64,000 nt of DNA from Macrostomum lignano (taxonomy: Eukaryota): NCBI GenBank assembly GCA_002269645.1, contig NIVC01001267.1:124001-188000 (forward strand), in the 5' to 3' direction. Both the position numbers and the translations under genes were made by a program. Position 1 is the first letter of the stretch. Each line of letters opens with the position of its first letter. The notes under the pieces were generated by a model that was given only the letters and a program-made list of their open reading frames with translations, searched no databases and was not told where the DNA came from. This document shows positions 25,572 through 35,557 of the stretch, one piece after another.

Positions 25572-27579
25572 GGGGGGGGGGGGTTTCACAAACTCGAAAT
25601 TTCACAACGTCGAAAGCACCCTCCTTCATAAGGTCGAAATTTCACAAGGTCGAAATTTCACAACATCGAAAACTCGAAAAGCATCCACTTTCACAAGGTC
25701 GAAATTTCACAACATCGAAAACTTTAGCAAGACTTCATAAGGTCGAAATTTCACAACATCGAAAACTCGAAAAGCATCCACTTTCACAAGGTCGAAATTT
25801 CACAACATCGAAAACTTTAGCAAGACTTCATAAGGTCGAAATTTCACAACATCGAAAACTCGAAAAGCATCCACTTTCACAAGGTCGAAATTTTACAATA
25901 TAAAAACTGAGAATTTAGCAGCCACAAGTATGACAAGGTCAAAATTTCACAATGTAGAAAACTAAAGTTTCTATTGTGTCAATGTTTATATTATTATTTT
26001 TTATTTTAATAGCTTATTTGGTTCAACTAGTTTTTAATCACATCTTTAAGTAGTTCAACGTCAAGGAGTGCTGAGTGCTCTTGTAGAAGGGCCTATATTT
26101 TATTCTACGAAATTATTATTATTCTTAAAAGTTAAATTCCCGCCAAATAACAAATACCTTATATTTTTGTTTTAATGCATTAATTTGTTTTAAACGTAGA
26201 AATTTAGTTTTTAGTAAGGCGAAATAATTTTGTTTTAGTTAACTGTTGTTTAAACGCATGATACCCGAACCAATAGAATAAGACTTTGTCTACTATAAAT
26301 ACAAGGCCAAAATAGAACATTTCTTTAACCGTTCGGGTTCATTCTCAGTAACCTAGAAATTAAGATTTCTCTGGTTTTCTGACTTAGTCATTTAAGCAGG
26401 ATTGCGAGTTGTAAATACCGTGTTGGATAGAAAGGGCGTTTTGCCAGTACAGTTAAGCAGGGATTGCCGAACAAGCGTTTTGCTCAGTAAAGAAAGGCGG
26501 ATTGCCCAGTAGAAAGGGAGGATTCCCAAGGAAATAAATTCAGGCTGTTGCAGCTAAGCGTGATGCAGTTCTAAGTCGTGAAAGACAGTATTAAAAGCCG
26601 GAAACCCCTCGGTCTCGGTAACGCTGTGTTTGGACTGTATAGTTTAGGAGTTTAGTAGTAGTCAGCAGTGTCTTGCCACTCGGGCACTGAAGCTACCCAG
26701 GGTAATTCGTATCGACGATAGCCCATAGCGTATAAAGTACATGTAAGTATAAAAGTAGGATTCTTAGAAATAATAGATTCAGTACAATTTAGTGAAATCT
26801 TAAAAGAGAGAAATACATTTCTATAGCAACTTGGTATCAGCTGTGGGATCCAGTAGAATTAGAGAGAAACCCGCCTGCAACAACTTGGTGATTCAGCGGT
26901 GGAATTATAAGCTAGAAAGTAGATTCACCTACGACACTCTGCTAAGTGTCTTATGACTACTGGGATGATGGGTTAGTTTACATAAGTAAGTTTAGCTATA
27001 TAGTTGGGAAGCATTTTGGAATTAGAAGCAGTAAAAAGCACCTAAAATTTGGTATCAGAAGTAGGATAAATTTAGGGGAAAAGAGATAGCCCTATAAAAA
27101 CTTTGGCAATGAATGGGTAGGATAAATTAGACAAAGTGACAAACAGAAAAACACCTACAACATATATAGGCCTACTAATCAACAATAGAAAGAAAAGCCT
27201 CGAAGGCTTACAACTATTATGATTCAACAAAAAAGTGACAATTGAAGACTAAGGCCTAATATTATTGATAAAAATATTGTGAAAGTGAAGTATAGGCCTA
27301 TTTAAAAAAATAAAGAAGTGCATAGCTGAAAAAATATGATTATCCTCTACAAGGTATTTGAAAAAGATAAGACTCTTACTTTTTGAAAGTGGCTGCTATT
27401 TGAGTTTTCGATGTTATGAAATTTCGACCTTATGAAGTCTCTTGCTAAAGTTTTCGATGGTGTGAAATTTCGACCTTGTGAAAGTGGCTGCTATTTGAGT
27501 TTCGACCTTGTGAAATTTCGACCTTGTGCAATAATTTGCTTTTCGACGTTGTGAAATTTCGACCTTGTGAAAGCAACCC
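25572..27579. mobile_element. Nested non-autonomous TIR element with 8-bp TSD and subterminal inverted repeat arrays
   Basis: TSD CTTCAGCA (25564-25571 and 27580-27587). Ends are GGG(TTG)TTTCAC / GTGAAAGCAACCC. GGTCGAAATTTCACAACATCGAAAAC arrays at 25590-25950 are mirrored at 27400-27575. Confidence 0.88.
26410..27160 (+). mobile_element. LTR-like segment followed by several primer-binding-site-like motifs
   Basis: TG-start candidate at 26410. After ...CTATAGCAAC comes TGGTATCAGCTGTGGGAT (26832), and later TGGTATCAGAAGTAGGAT (27050), close to the tRNA-Leu-type PBS TGGTGTCAGAAGTGGGAT. No pol follows. Confidence 0.5.
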
Positions 27580-27689
27580 CTTCAGCATTGGTAGTGATGG
27601 CAGTGGGTCTCAAGAGCTATTGGAAGCTACCTTTAAGATATTACCACATGCGCAGTCTAGTTATACTTATTGGTCTGTGCCTAGTACAC

Positions 27690-28000
27690 CGGAAAGATCT
27701 CCTGAAGTCCCGGGCCTTAACTAGGATCCCCCTGTCTGTCTAAAGCCCCCCTGACTAAATTTGCTTCTAAGCTTCATTACTGTGCTATGCTCACACTCAG
27801 TTTCCAGCTTGTTAGGTAATTTTAATTTCGAATTTGTAGAAGGCTAAGTGATCGAGGCCCCAATTCGCGCACTTAAAGCCCGTGTCCATTGGGCAGTCTC
27901 CTGAGAAATGCTCCCCAGCGCACTTGTTGCACCTGAACTGAGCAGCCCCCCCGGCTTTCAAGGCCTTGGCACCTGCGGCACTGGACCTCTTTCAACGGTG
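27690..28000 (-). pseudogene. LINE (Jockey/I-like) ORF1 CCHC knuckles; continues past the P insertion at 23868-24120
   Basis: QCRRCQG...RCNKCAGEHFSGDC...KCANWGLDH triple knuckle, upstream of and co-oriented with the AP endonuclease. Confidence 0.7.
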
Positions 28001-28739
28001 GCAGGCTGTGCAATTCTTCGCATTTATATCTTATTGAGCCTAGTTCAGTTCCGTTTTTAAGCTTTATCCAAAAGTAGATTTACTTCTAGTGAAGAGCCTA
28101 ATGAAAGGTGTAGGTTGTCCCGTTGTTTTCGACATCATTCCTAGTAGCACCGCTCATCACTATGATGCTGTCACTAGCAAGTTTTTGAGAAAAAAATATG
28201 TTGCCGCTGGCGTTCTTGGTTCTAGGTTGGAAATCCCGGGCAGCTCCGAGCGATAACGAGACGATCGCTGAATCAAGACCTGGTAAAAGTTAGATTGTAA
28301 AAAGGAATGTCAATTTCGCCTATAGATGTCTCGAATTTATGCAGAATATGGGTACATACTCGTAGGATCCTTATAGCTATTTAATATCGCTTTTGTATTC
28401 AATTTTTCACTCACGGCTTTCGAAAGTGGAGACGGAGACTATGTGGCTTCGCCTAGTCACAGTAGTCTATGGCCCAATCCAAAAGGCTAGAAGGCGCAAT
28501 CAGTTTTCCAACTGAGGAAATCAATTTACTACTCGAATATACCTTTTAACAATTTTGGACATAAGTGAAGTTTTTTAGTCTTTGGCCAGCTCAGTCATAA
28601 AAAAGTGAGTTTGATTTAGTCAGCACTCGGGTCTACCATAGACTATAGTAAAGAAATGAAATCGATTTAGTTTTAAGTGCCACGTATTTAAACCCTTCCA
28701 TGACTTGATTTTAGTCAAAGTGAATTTTATTTAGTCATC

Positions 28740-29135
28740 ATGGCGGCAGCTGCAGGCATTCGCAGAGTCACTATCTCTGAACAGGACAGGCGAAGACTCA
28801 TCGACGCCTTTATTGGCAATGCCGATTGGCAGCAACTAGCGAGACAGCTAAACGTCCCACGTCAGTCTGATAGAAATGTTGGACGCGTTGAGGCCTCGAT
28901 ACGAGGAGGAAATAAGCCAAAAGCTTTAACTGAAGCTATGCTCGACAGACTTGTTAAATTTATTGGTGAAACGCCCACCGCGGCGCTCAATGACATGCGG
29001 CAACGCTTTATTGTGTTGTTCCCAGACTGGCAACCCTGCACCATTCAAACCATAAGCCGTGCTCTGGACGGAAGATTAACAACTTTAAAGCTACTACGCA
29101 CCATCCCAGAGGCATGGAATGCCGACCGTGTTTAA
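28740..29135 (+). pseudogene. IS630/Tc1-like transposase N-terminal HTH fragment
   Basis: RRRLIDAF..WQQLARQLNV...GGNKPKALTE..TISRAL...TLK pattern. Confidence 0.65.
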
Positions 29136-29239
29136 CTACTCGTATCTTCTCAAAGCTATAACTACTAAATAAAATTCACCTTGACTTAATAAAAGTTACA
29201 AAAGACGGATTTAGAGGAACTTGACTAAATCGATTGCAT

Positions 29240-29560
29240 TCACTCATCAAGGAACACAACAGTCGTGTTCAGCTGTAGGTTGATGAACCAGAGGGCATAC
29301 ACCTGCCTGAGTTTTACGGCGTGATTGCGAGCTTCCTGAATGTCGCTTCCCTTCGTAGCCCCCTTCAGAGTGTATAGCTCTCAACCCAGTGCTCGTGAAA
29401 TGAACTTCTGGGTGTTCTGCAGACCATTGAACTGTTGCAGCAAGTGCTCCCACATCTGACTCAGTGTTAGAAACGGGTTGTCTTTGACCAAGTCAATTAG
29501 AAAATTGCGCATCTCGTCTGTCACGACAAACCTACGGCGTCCTCTGAGTGAGGCAGCTTT
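29240..29560 (-). pseudogene. Second IS630/Tc1-like transposase fragment, opposite strand
   Basis: Manual translation: RGRRRFVVTDEMRNFLIDLVKDNPFLTLSQM...ISRALG*ELYTLK...VVFLDE. Confidence 0.65.
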
Positions 29561-30557
29561 GTGATTCGACCAAAAGCAATGATTTTGTTCGCAGTGCTTC
29601 TTTCACTACGAACCACTGTAATATGTCTTTTAGCATTTTGGCCTTGTGAACGTTGAACATCTGCCATCGGAGAGCAGACAACGCGTCAGTCAATCAATTC
29701 CTCTAAGAGAAGGGCTTTTTGTGGTCTTGCTTCAGTTTAGAGCTTGTTGCCTGTAACCTGATCAAAGACTCTCGCAAAAGCTTTGGCACTGAACGATCCC
29801 AGTATAGCTTGGCCATAGACAAAATTCCGCTCTTTTTTCCAGGGAGTCCTCTGCTCACAGGTTGTGGAAAATTGATTACCTCAGTTGAAAAAAGTGAGTG
29901 TGCCTATTTGCCAGTTTGGTTTGGGCCATAGACTACTTTGACTAAGCGAAGCTACAGTCTCTTTAGAAAGCCCCGAGTGGAAAATTGACTGCAAAAAGCG
30001 TTAACAGAAACACTTTGGCAACTGCAACAGCCATGCCATAACAAAGATTTCAGATAAGAGCTGCATTTAGGAGAAGAACCGTTGGTGTCACTAACAACCG
30101 ACTCGCCTTCATCTGCAGCAGAACAACAACATCCACGAATCATCCATTCCAAAATGTGCTTCGTATTCAGAGGTCATGAAGCGTACCCTATTTGACCACC
30201 ATCGTGTGCAATTGCACAAATTTCCGCTGAGCGATGCGATTGTAGCAAACTGGCCGCATATTCTGGGGCTGGCGGTTGAGACTCTTGGAGCCCGTTAGCG
30301 CAAGAAACCTAAACGTGTTCTCATAGATATAGACAAAAATCGAATCATCCTAGTGGAACAATCTTCAATGTTGTAGTGTACGCCACCTCTAGCACTGACC
30401 CCGCCAACTATTGCGTAACATTGTAGCCGCATATCGGCAGTCAGTCTATATAATAACTAAAATATACGGTCTATGAGACCATGTTTTTTCGCATCACACA
30501 AGCGAACTACAAATGTCTGTGGCCCCGACTCACCCCTAATCTTGAGATACATGTAGT

Positions 30558-30685
30558 CCATGGATGAAGGAATAGAAATGATCGCTCATCTGAAAGCGAG
30601 TCTATGGCCAAGACTTCCTAAAAATTGGGATATCCTTCCATAAATTTCATTGGCTGCTTGAATTTAATAATACCCCCCCCCCAAT
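30558..30685. repeat. Dispersed repeat family (CATGGATGAAGGAATA...GCTCATCTGAAA..GTCTATGG)
   Basis: Related copies at ~20615-20700 (+), ~22545-22600 (-) and ~43090-43212 (-). Confidence 0.75.
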
Positions 30686-30745
30686 TTCTTAATGGCTGAA
30701 GCTTGTACGCGGGGGAAATTCACGATTAACGCGCATGCTAGGCTG

Positions 30746-31504
30746 TAGTATAGCATTTTGCAGCCCATTGGGGCTTATGCGCATTTAATTTAATCCAAGA
30801 TATGTTTGCCAATGCAACGGAGCTTTTGTCTATGGTAGCAAGGCTGGCACAGCGGCATTTAATTTGGTCCAACAAGCATCAATTTGGTCCAAACCCTCGT
30901 GAGTCATTGGACAAACCCTTGCTTTCTCGCAACCGTATGCAGGTTTTTGCGTACCGCTGGAATGTCAGCGTCTCTATCAACAATTTTCAGTTGCTTTTCC
31001 AGAGCTCTGCTGATAGTCGAAATCTGATAACTAACTGGAACTGTTCCTTCAACTTCTGCTGCATTTCTGCAACGTCAATAAAGGGTTCGTCTCAGCTGCA
31101 TCGAGTAGCACCAGTTGGATTTGCGGCTCTCGAGCAACTTGCCTTGGCGATTGCCACCCTTTCGCAGGCAATCTCTGCTGGCAAAGTTTCAACGCGCTGA
31201 TGGATGCTGTAAACCACCTTTTCTTTTACATTCAGCAACCTTACAATGTCCTTTGGGTGTTCACCTCTGTCAAGTGCTTCGATCACAAGCCAATGACATT
31301 TGTTCAACAGCCTAGCATATGGTCCACAATTCTGGGGCTGAGCTGTAAATGAACCAAATGGACCAAATTGATGCTTGTTGGACCAAAATAACTGCCGATG
31401 TGCCAGCCTTGCTACCATAGACAAAAGCTCCATTACTTTAGCAAACATATCTTAGATTAAATTCAATGCGCGTAAGCCCAAATGGGCTGCAAAAAGCTAT
31501 ACTA
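30746..31504 (-). mobile_element. Tc1/mariner-like deletion derivative with ~150-bp TIRs
   Basis: TAGTATAGCATTTTGCAGCCC...TTTGGTCCA is mirrored at 31360-31504; internal HTH-like remnant (VIEALDRGEHPKDIVRLLNV). Confidence 0.8.
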
Positions 31505-31777
31505 ACATAGATAATCTTTTCTCTTGTTTTAAATGCTAATGTATCCCCCAGTTGCACTGGTGCAGTAGTCTATGTTCTAAAGGTTTATTTCGTTTATCTG
31601 CACCGGTGCAGATAAATGAGTTATTTGCACCGGCACAGAGTGCAAATAAACGAGAACTTTATATTTTACAATGAAATCGATTCAACATGAAATTGTAACC
31701 ATTTAACAATTGCATTTGTGCAAAAGTCTAAGTTCCAGTGATAAACGCAGACACAGACATGACGCAGATAACAGTGA

Positions 31778-33089
31778 TTAGTCCTTGTTTACGAATGTGA
31801 TGGTAACCTTATTAGTGTCACCACAAGCCTCAATCCGCATTAGTTTGTGCGGTGTTCCTTGAACCACAGTAGTTTCACAGAAGTCCGTCCCGGTTGTAGC
31901 AGTACTGCCATCGGGTGTAGTCACAGTTGACATGGTCCTTGTACTGATCTCACGAGTTTGACTGTCGACTTGACCGCATAGAATTGCGCTTACGTTTTTC
32001 TGCTTCGTGATAGATGGCGAGATATAGCGCTCAAGGGCTTTAGAACTGGAATGGCCAGTAACTTTGGCGATGTCACTACGCTCAATTCCAGCCTCATGCA
32101 ACTCCGTGGCGCACATCTTTCGCAGACTTTGGTTGGTAAATCTAGAGCTCCCATTCGGACGAACCAGTGCTACAGCATCCTTCACCAGAGTAGAGAGTGT
32201 ATTCCTTCCAATCGGCGTGGACAGAAACCAAGATTTCCCAATATTTGATGTCCAGTGCTTGTTGGCAGCAAGCAACTTTGCAGTTTTCCGGGCGTAGAGA
32301 TGCATACTTCCGATAGATGCAAACAATACATTTGGTGCAATCCGCTGAATGGAACGCCCTCACCAGTTTTGGTTCCTTGTTCATACCTTTTAAGCCTCCT
32401 TGATTAGTCTTCGTTCTTCGGTTCTCCGCATAAACTAAACACTCATCTACTCCACGCCCTTCAATCCGAATTTCGCGTTCAAATTCCAGGTCCCTCAGTT
32501 CGGATCCACCTCGCAGTCCAAAATTCTTCCCAATCAGCCAGATAGTCGTGCGTACCAACTGCTCCGGAGACTCGACACCTAGAACGCCGTCTGACCACAG
32601 GTCCTCTTCAATGGTTGTCGACACGGGCTCTGCCTTCCTCAATCCAGCGCCCTTGCCCTCCGCAGTAGAAATCTTCATGGCCGCGTCCAAAGCCTTTCTG
32701 CTCTTTTCGAACTCGATGTCCGTCCAGATGCACCACTGACGGCGATACACATGGCGCATGTGGTACTGTATTGACGAAAAGAAATCCTTTAATGTCCCAG
32801 CGGAGTAGCGATCGTTCCTCTTTGTCCTGACCTCCAGAATGAAACTTATTAGAAAGTTCAAATCGGACTTCGAGAACTCATCTGCGTCTTTCAGTACCAT
32901 GAGCGCGGGTCCACCGTCGGAACACCAGAGTACTTTCTTCGCCGCATGCCACTCTTGGAAAGTAGCAAACATCCAGCGACATTTCTTTAGCGTGTTCGTT
33001 GGAACCTTTTCTTCGATTAGTGAACTGACTTCTTCGTCAGTCAGATTGACAAATCTTTCGGTAGCCATTTTAACTATACTGTCCGTCAA
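31778..33089 (-). pseudogene. Crypton (DUF3504-type) tyrosine recombinase, one frameshift near 32300
   Basis: N-terminus RFVNLTDEEV..KVPTNTLKK..W; catalytic box LIGKNFGLRGGSELRDL; TKTNQGGLK; W..STPIGRNTL; FTNQSLRKMCATEL..IAKVTGHSS..LERY. Confidence 0.92.
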
Positions 33090-33339
33090 AAGTTCCGGAA
33101 CCCTTGCTACGATGTCTTCTAGCGGACATAATTTCAGTCCGTTTCAATTGTAACTTGATTCAAATGAAAGCTGCGGATCTCAGCTCCATTATGTGGTCAA
33201 GAAAAAGTTTATTCGAAGGAGCGCGTGTGAACAGGCCAGTGTTATGTACATAAAGGTTAGAGAAAAAAAGTGAGGAAAAGACAAACAAGCAATTGTCTAT
33301 GGTTGCTGAGTCTATGGAGCAAACACACAGGGCTATTTA

Positions 33340-34432
33340 CACACTTGCTGCCGGCACACAAAAAAAGATGGCGTCCTGAATTTAAACGGAAGAGTAATTC
33401 TCAATAGCGAGTCGCGCCGCCCTGTGCACGAATTACAGCTTCGCAGCGACTGCGCATCGAGTGGATGATGCGGCGCACCAGGTCTTGAGGAATCGCAGCC
33501 CATTCTTCGGCAATCGCTGGGGCCAACGCTGCGATATTAGGAATATTTCGCCTGGCCAGTCGTCTGCCCAGCTCATCCCAGATATGTTCTATCGGGTTCA
33601 AATCCGGGCTGTTGGCCGGCCAGTTCATGTGCACATACTGCACATGTGTGTCATGAAACTGCTGCACAATAGCACATCTGTGTGGCGTCGCATTGTCGTC
33701 CTGCAGCAGGAACCCCTGACCAACGCTCGCCAGCCCAAAGGGAACCGCAACATCACGTAGAACTGCTACGTACCTTGCGCCCGTCATGGTGCCGTCAATC
33801 ACTTCGACGAAGGACAGGTGGTTCCATGATGCTGCAGCCCAGACCATCACCGACCCGCCACTGCCACCGCGCCTCGATACCCACTGCACTGCGTCCTGTT
33901 GCTCGTAGCAAGAGTTGCGCTGGCGCCACACGCGAATTCTCCCATCATTCTAATGCACACAGAATCTGCTCTCGTCGGTGAACACCACCAGCCGCCACTG
34001 CTGTTGAGCCGACCAAAAGCGATGCTCGTGACACCACTGCAGCCGTGCGGCTCTGTGAGCTGCTGACAGAGCAGGGAACTTTAAACTTCGATAGCTGTCG
34101 AGTCCTGCGGCTCGAAGTCGACGGGAGATGGTGGACTGCGACACCGTGACATGCAAACGGTCGCTCAAATTTCTCTGCAATGTCGGCAGGCTCACGAAAG
34201 GGTCATTCCTGGCAATGTTTGCAACGAAGTTATTGCTGGCTGCATCCATCACACGAGGCCGTCCTGATTTCGGCAAGTTGTCAACAAAGCCACTGGTCGC
34301 AAATTTGGACGCGTAACGCTGCACAGTCGTCAGTGGCACGTCAAGATGAGCAGCGATTCGTTTCAGCGACCATCCGGCATCCTGTCGTAACGTCACAATT
34401 CTCCACCGCGTCTCAGTGCTAACAACCGGCAT
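33340..34432 (-). mobile_element. Tc1-family transposon, transposase with a single in-frame TAG; D-35-E spacing
   Basis: ORF 33950-34432 (HTH, VVFTDESRF) is in frame with 33401-33931 (QDDNATPH..WPANSPDLNPIEHIW). A TA-flanked end is likely at 33340; no matching 5' TIR was found. Confidence 0.92.
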
Positions 34433-34800
34433 TTTGCTAAGCTGGCTTGTTGACGTAGACCCTGTTTTTTACTCTCCCATGAAAGCTGACTGCACAAGAA
34501 TCCATAAGAGCCTGTTGATCAGGCTCCCATAAGCGCCTCAGTGCAGCCTTGCCAAGTCTCCAAATTTCATCAGCACGTCGACCACATGTGTCTGCATCAG
34601 TTAATTGCAGACGCAGTGCTAATTGGCGCACAGGGGTGTACTGAATACACTAGCGCTTATGGAAAAAATCCGGACTTCTGGCAGAACCGTCGAATATCTC
34701 GACGGTCCGGAGGGCTGGCGACTTGATTCTTGTTTGAGAAGGTGCGCAACAAAAAGTTAGCCATATCATTTGGCTTTCACGGCGGTAAACAGGCCGGATA

Positions 34801-34950
34801 ACTGCGGCAAAGCGCTATACATTGGTAACATATGAGTGCGGCAAAGCGGAGATAGAAGTGCGCAGAACTGCGGCAAAGCGCTATACATTGGTAACATATG
34901 AGTGCGGCAAAGCGGAGATAGAAGTGCGCAGAACTGCGGCAAAGCGGATA
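34801..34950 (+). repeat. 66-bp tandem repeat (2.3 copies) carrying five GCGGCAAAGCG motifs
   Basis: Unit starts at 34801, 34867 and 34933. Confidence 0.92.
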
Positions 34951-35397
34951 AAAACGGCAACTATAGAAGGAATTGTAAATATATACGTGGCAGAAATTTG
35001 GCAGCTAGTAAGTTAGGTAGCACAATTCACTGTTGGTGCCTAGCACAATGTCTATAAAAGTAGATATATATAGCTATGGGGAAGTTTCATTTGTTGCTAT
35101 ATCTGGCTAGCCTGTGTAGTATACGAGACATGCCTATCGCCTAATTAATCTATCAAATTGTTGTTAAAATAAAGCGGAGAAAACGGAGAACAGAGCATGG
35201 GCATAATAAAAGTGGCACAATATATATATATTAGACAAGCATTACAGGATTCAGTTTTCAGTTTACATTATTGCATTAACTATAACAATTTGTAGCAATT
35301 TAGCTAATCCAGGTAGCGCGCTTGCAGCATCAACTATGGCTATATAGTTATATATAGGCGGCGGCAAAACAATTATTACGACAAAGGGTCGCGCAAG

Positions 35398-35434
35398 AAA
35401 TTGTGCTTGGCACCTCCGGTGCCAGGCACAATTT
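35398..35434. other. 17-bp-arm hairpin AAATTGTGCTTGGCACC-TCC-GGTGCCAGGCACAATTT
   Basis: One G-T mismatch; the stem extends with GCGC/GCGC. It shares its core with the 15-bp inverted pair at 35035-35049 and 42788-42802. Confidence 0.9.
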
Positions 35435-35557
35435 CAAGCGCGCCCTAGATATAAATAATTGACAACTGATTGATTGAAATTTTTCTACCTGTCGCATTTC
35501 GACACAGAGGTCTGTTGCTTCTGCTATTGCGCTGCTGCTATTGCGTCACTCTGTCAA

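Larger units (their letters stand above)
24129..27679 (+). mobile_element. P-superfamily DNA transposon, internally deleted
   Basis: Perfect 32-bp TIRs CACAGACCAATAAGTATAACTAGACTGCGCAT (24129-24160 and 27648-27679); 8-bp TSD CCTAGTAC (24121-24128 and 27680-27687). Confidence 0.95.

Noticed and set aside
25590-25950. Regularly spaced repeats resembling a CRISPR array
   Set aside because: The spacers are themselves repeated, the array is mirrored at the other end of a TIR element, there are no cas genes and the context is eukaryotic.
29930-30160. Possible Harbinger-like RFSKETV motif
   Set aside because: Too short and too degenerate to support.
35371-35379. AATTATTAC matches the CRESS nonanucleotide NANTATTAC, close to the hairpin
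   Set aside because: It is not in the loop of a convincing stem, and the Rep appears to lack its nicking Tyr; a chance match is plausible in AT-rich DNA.
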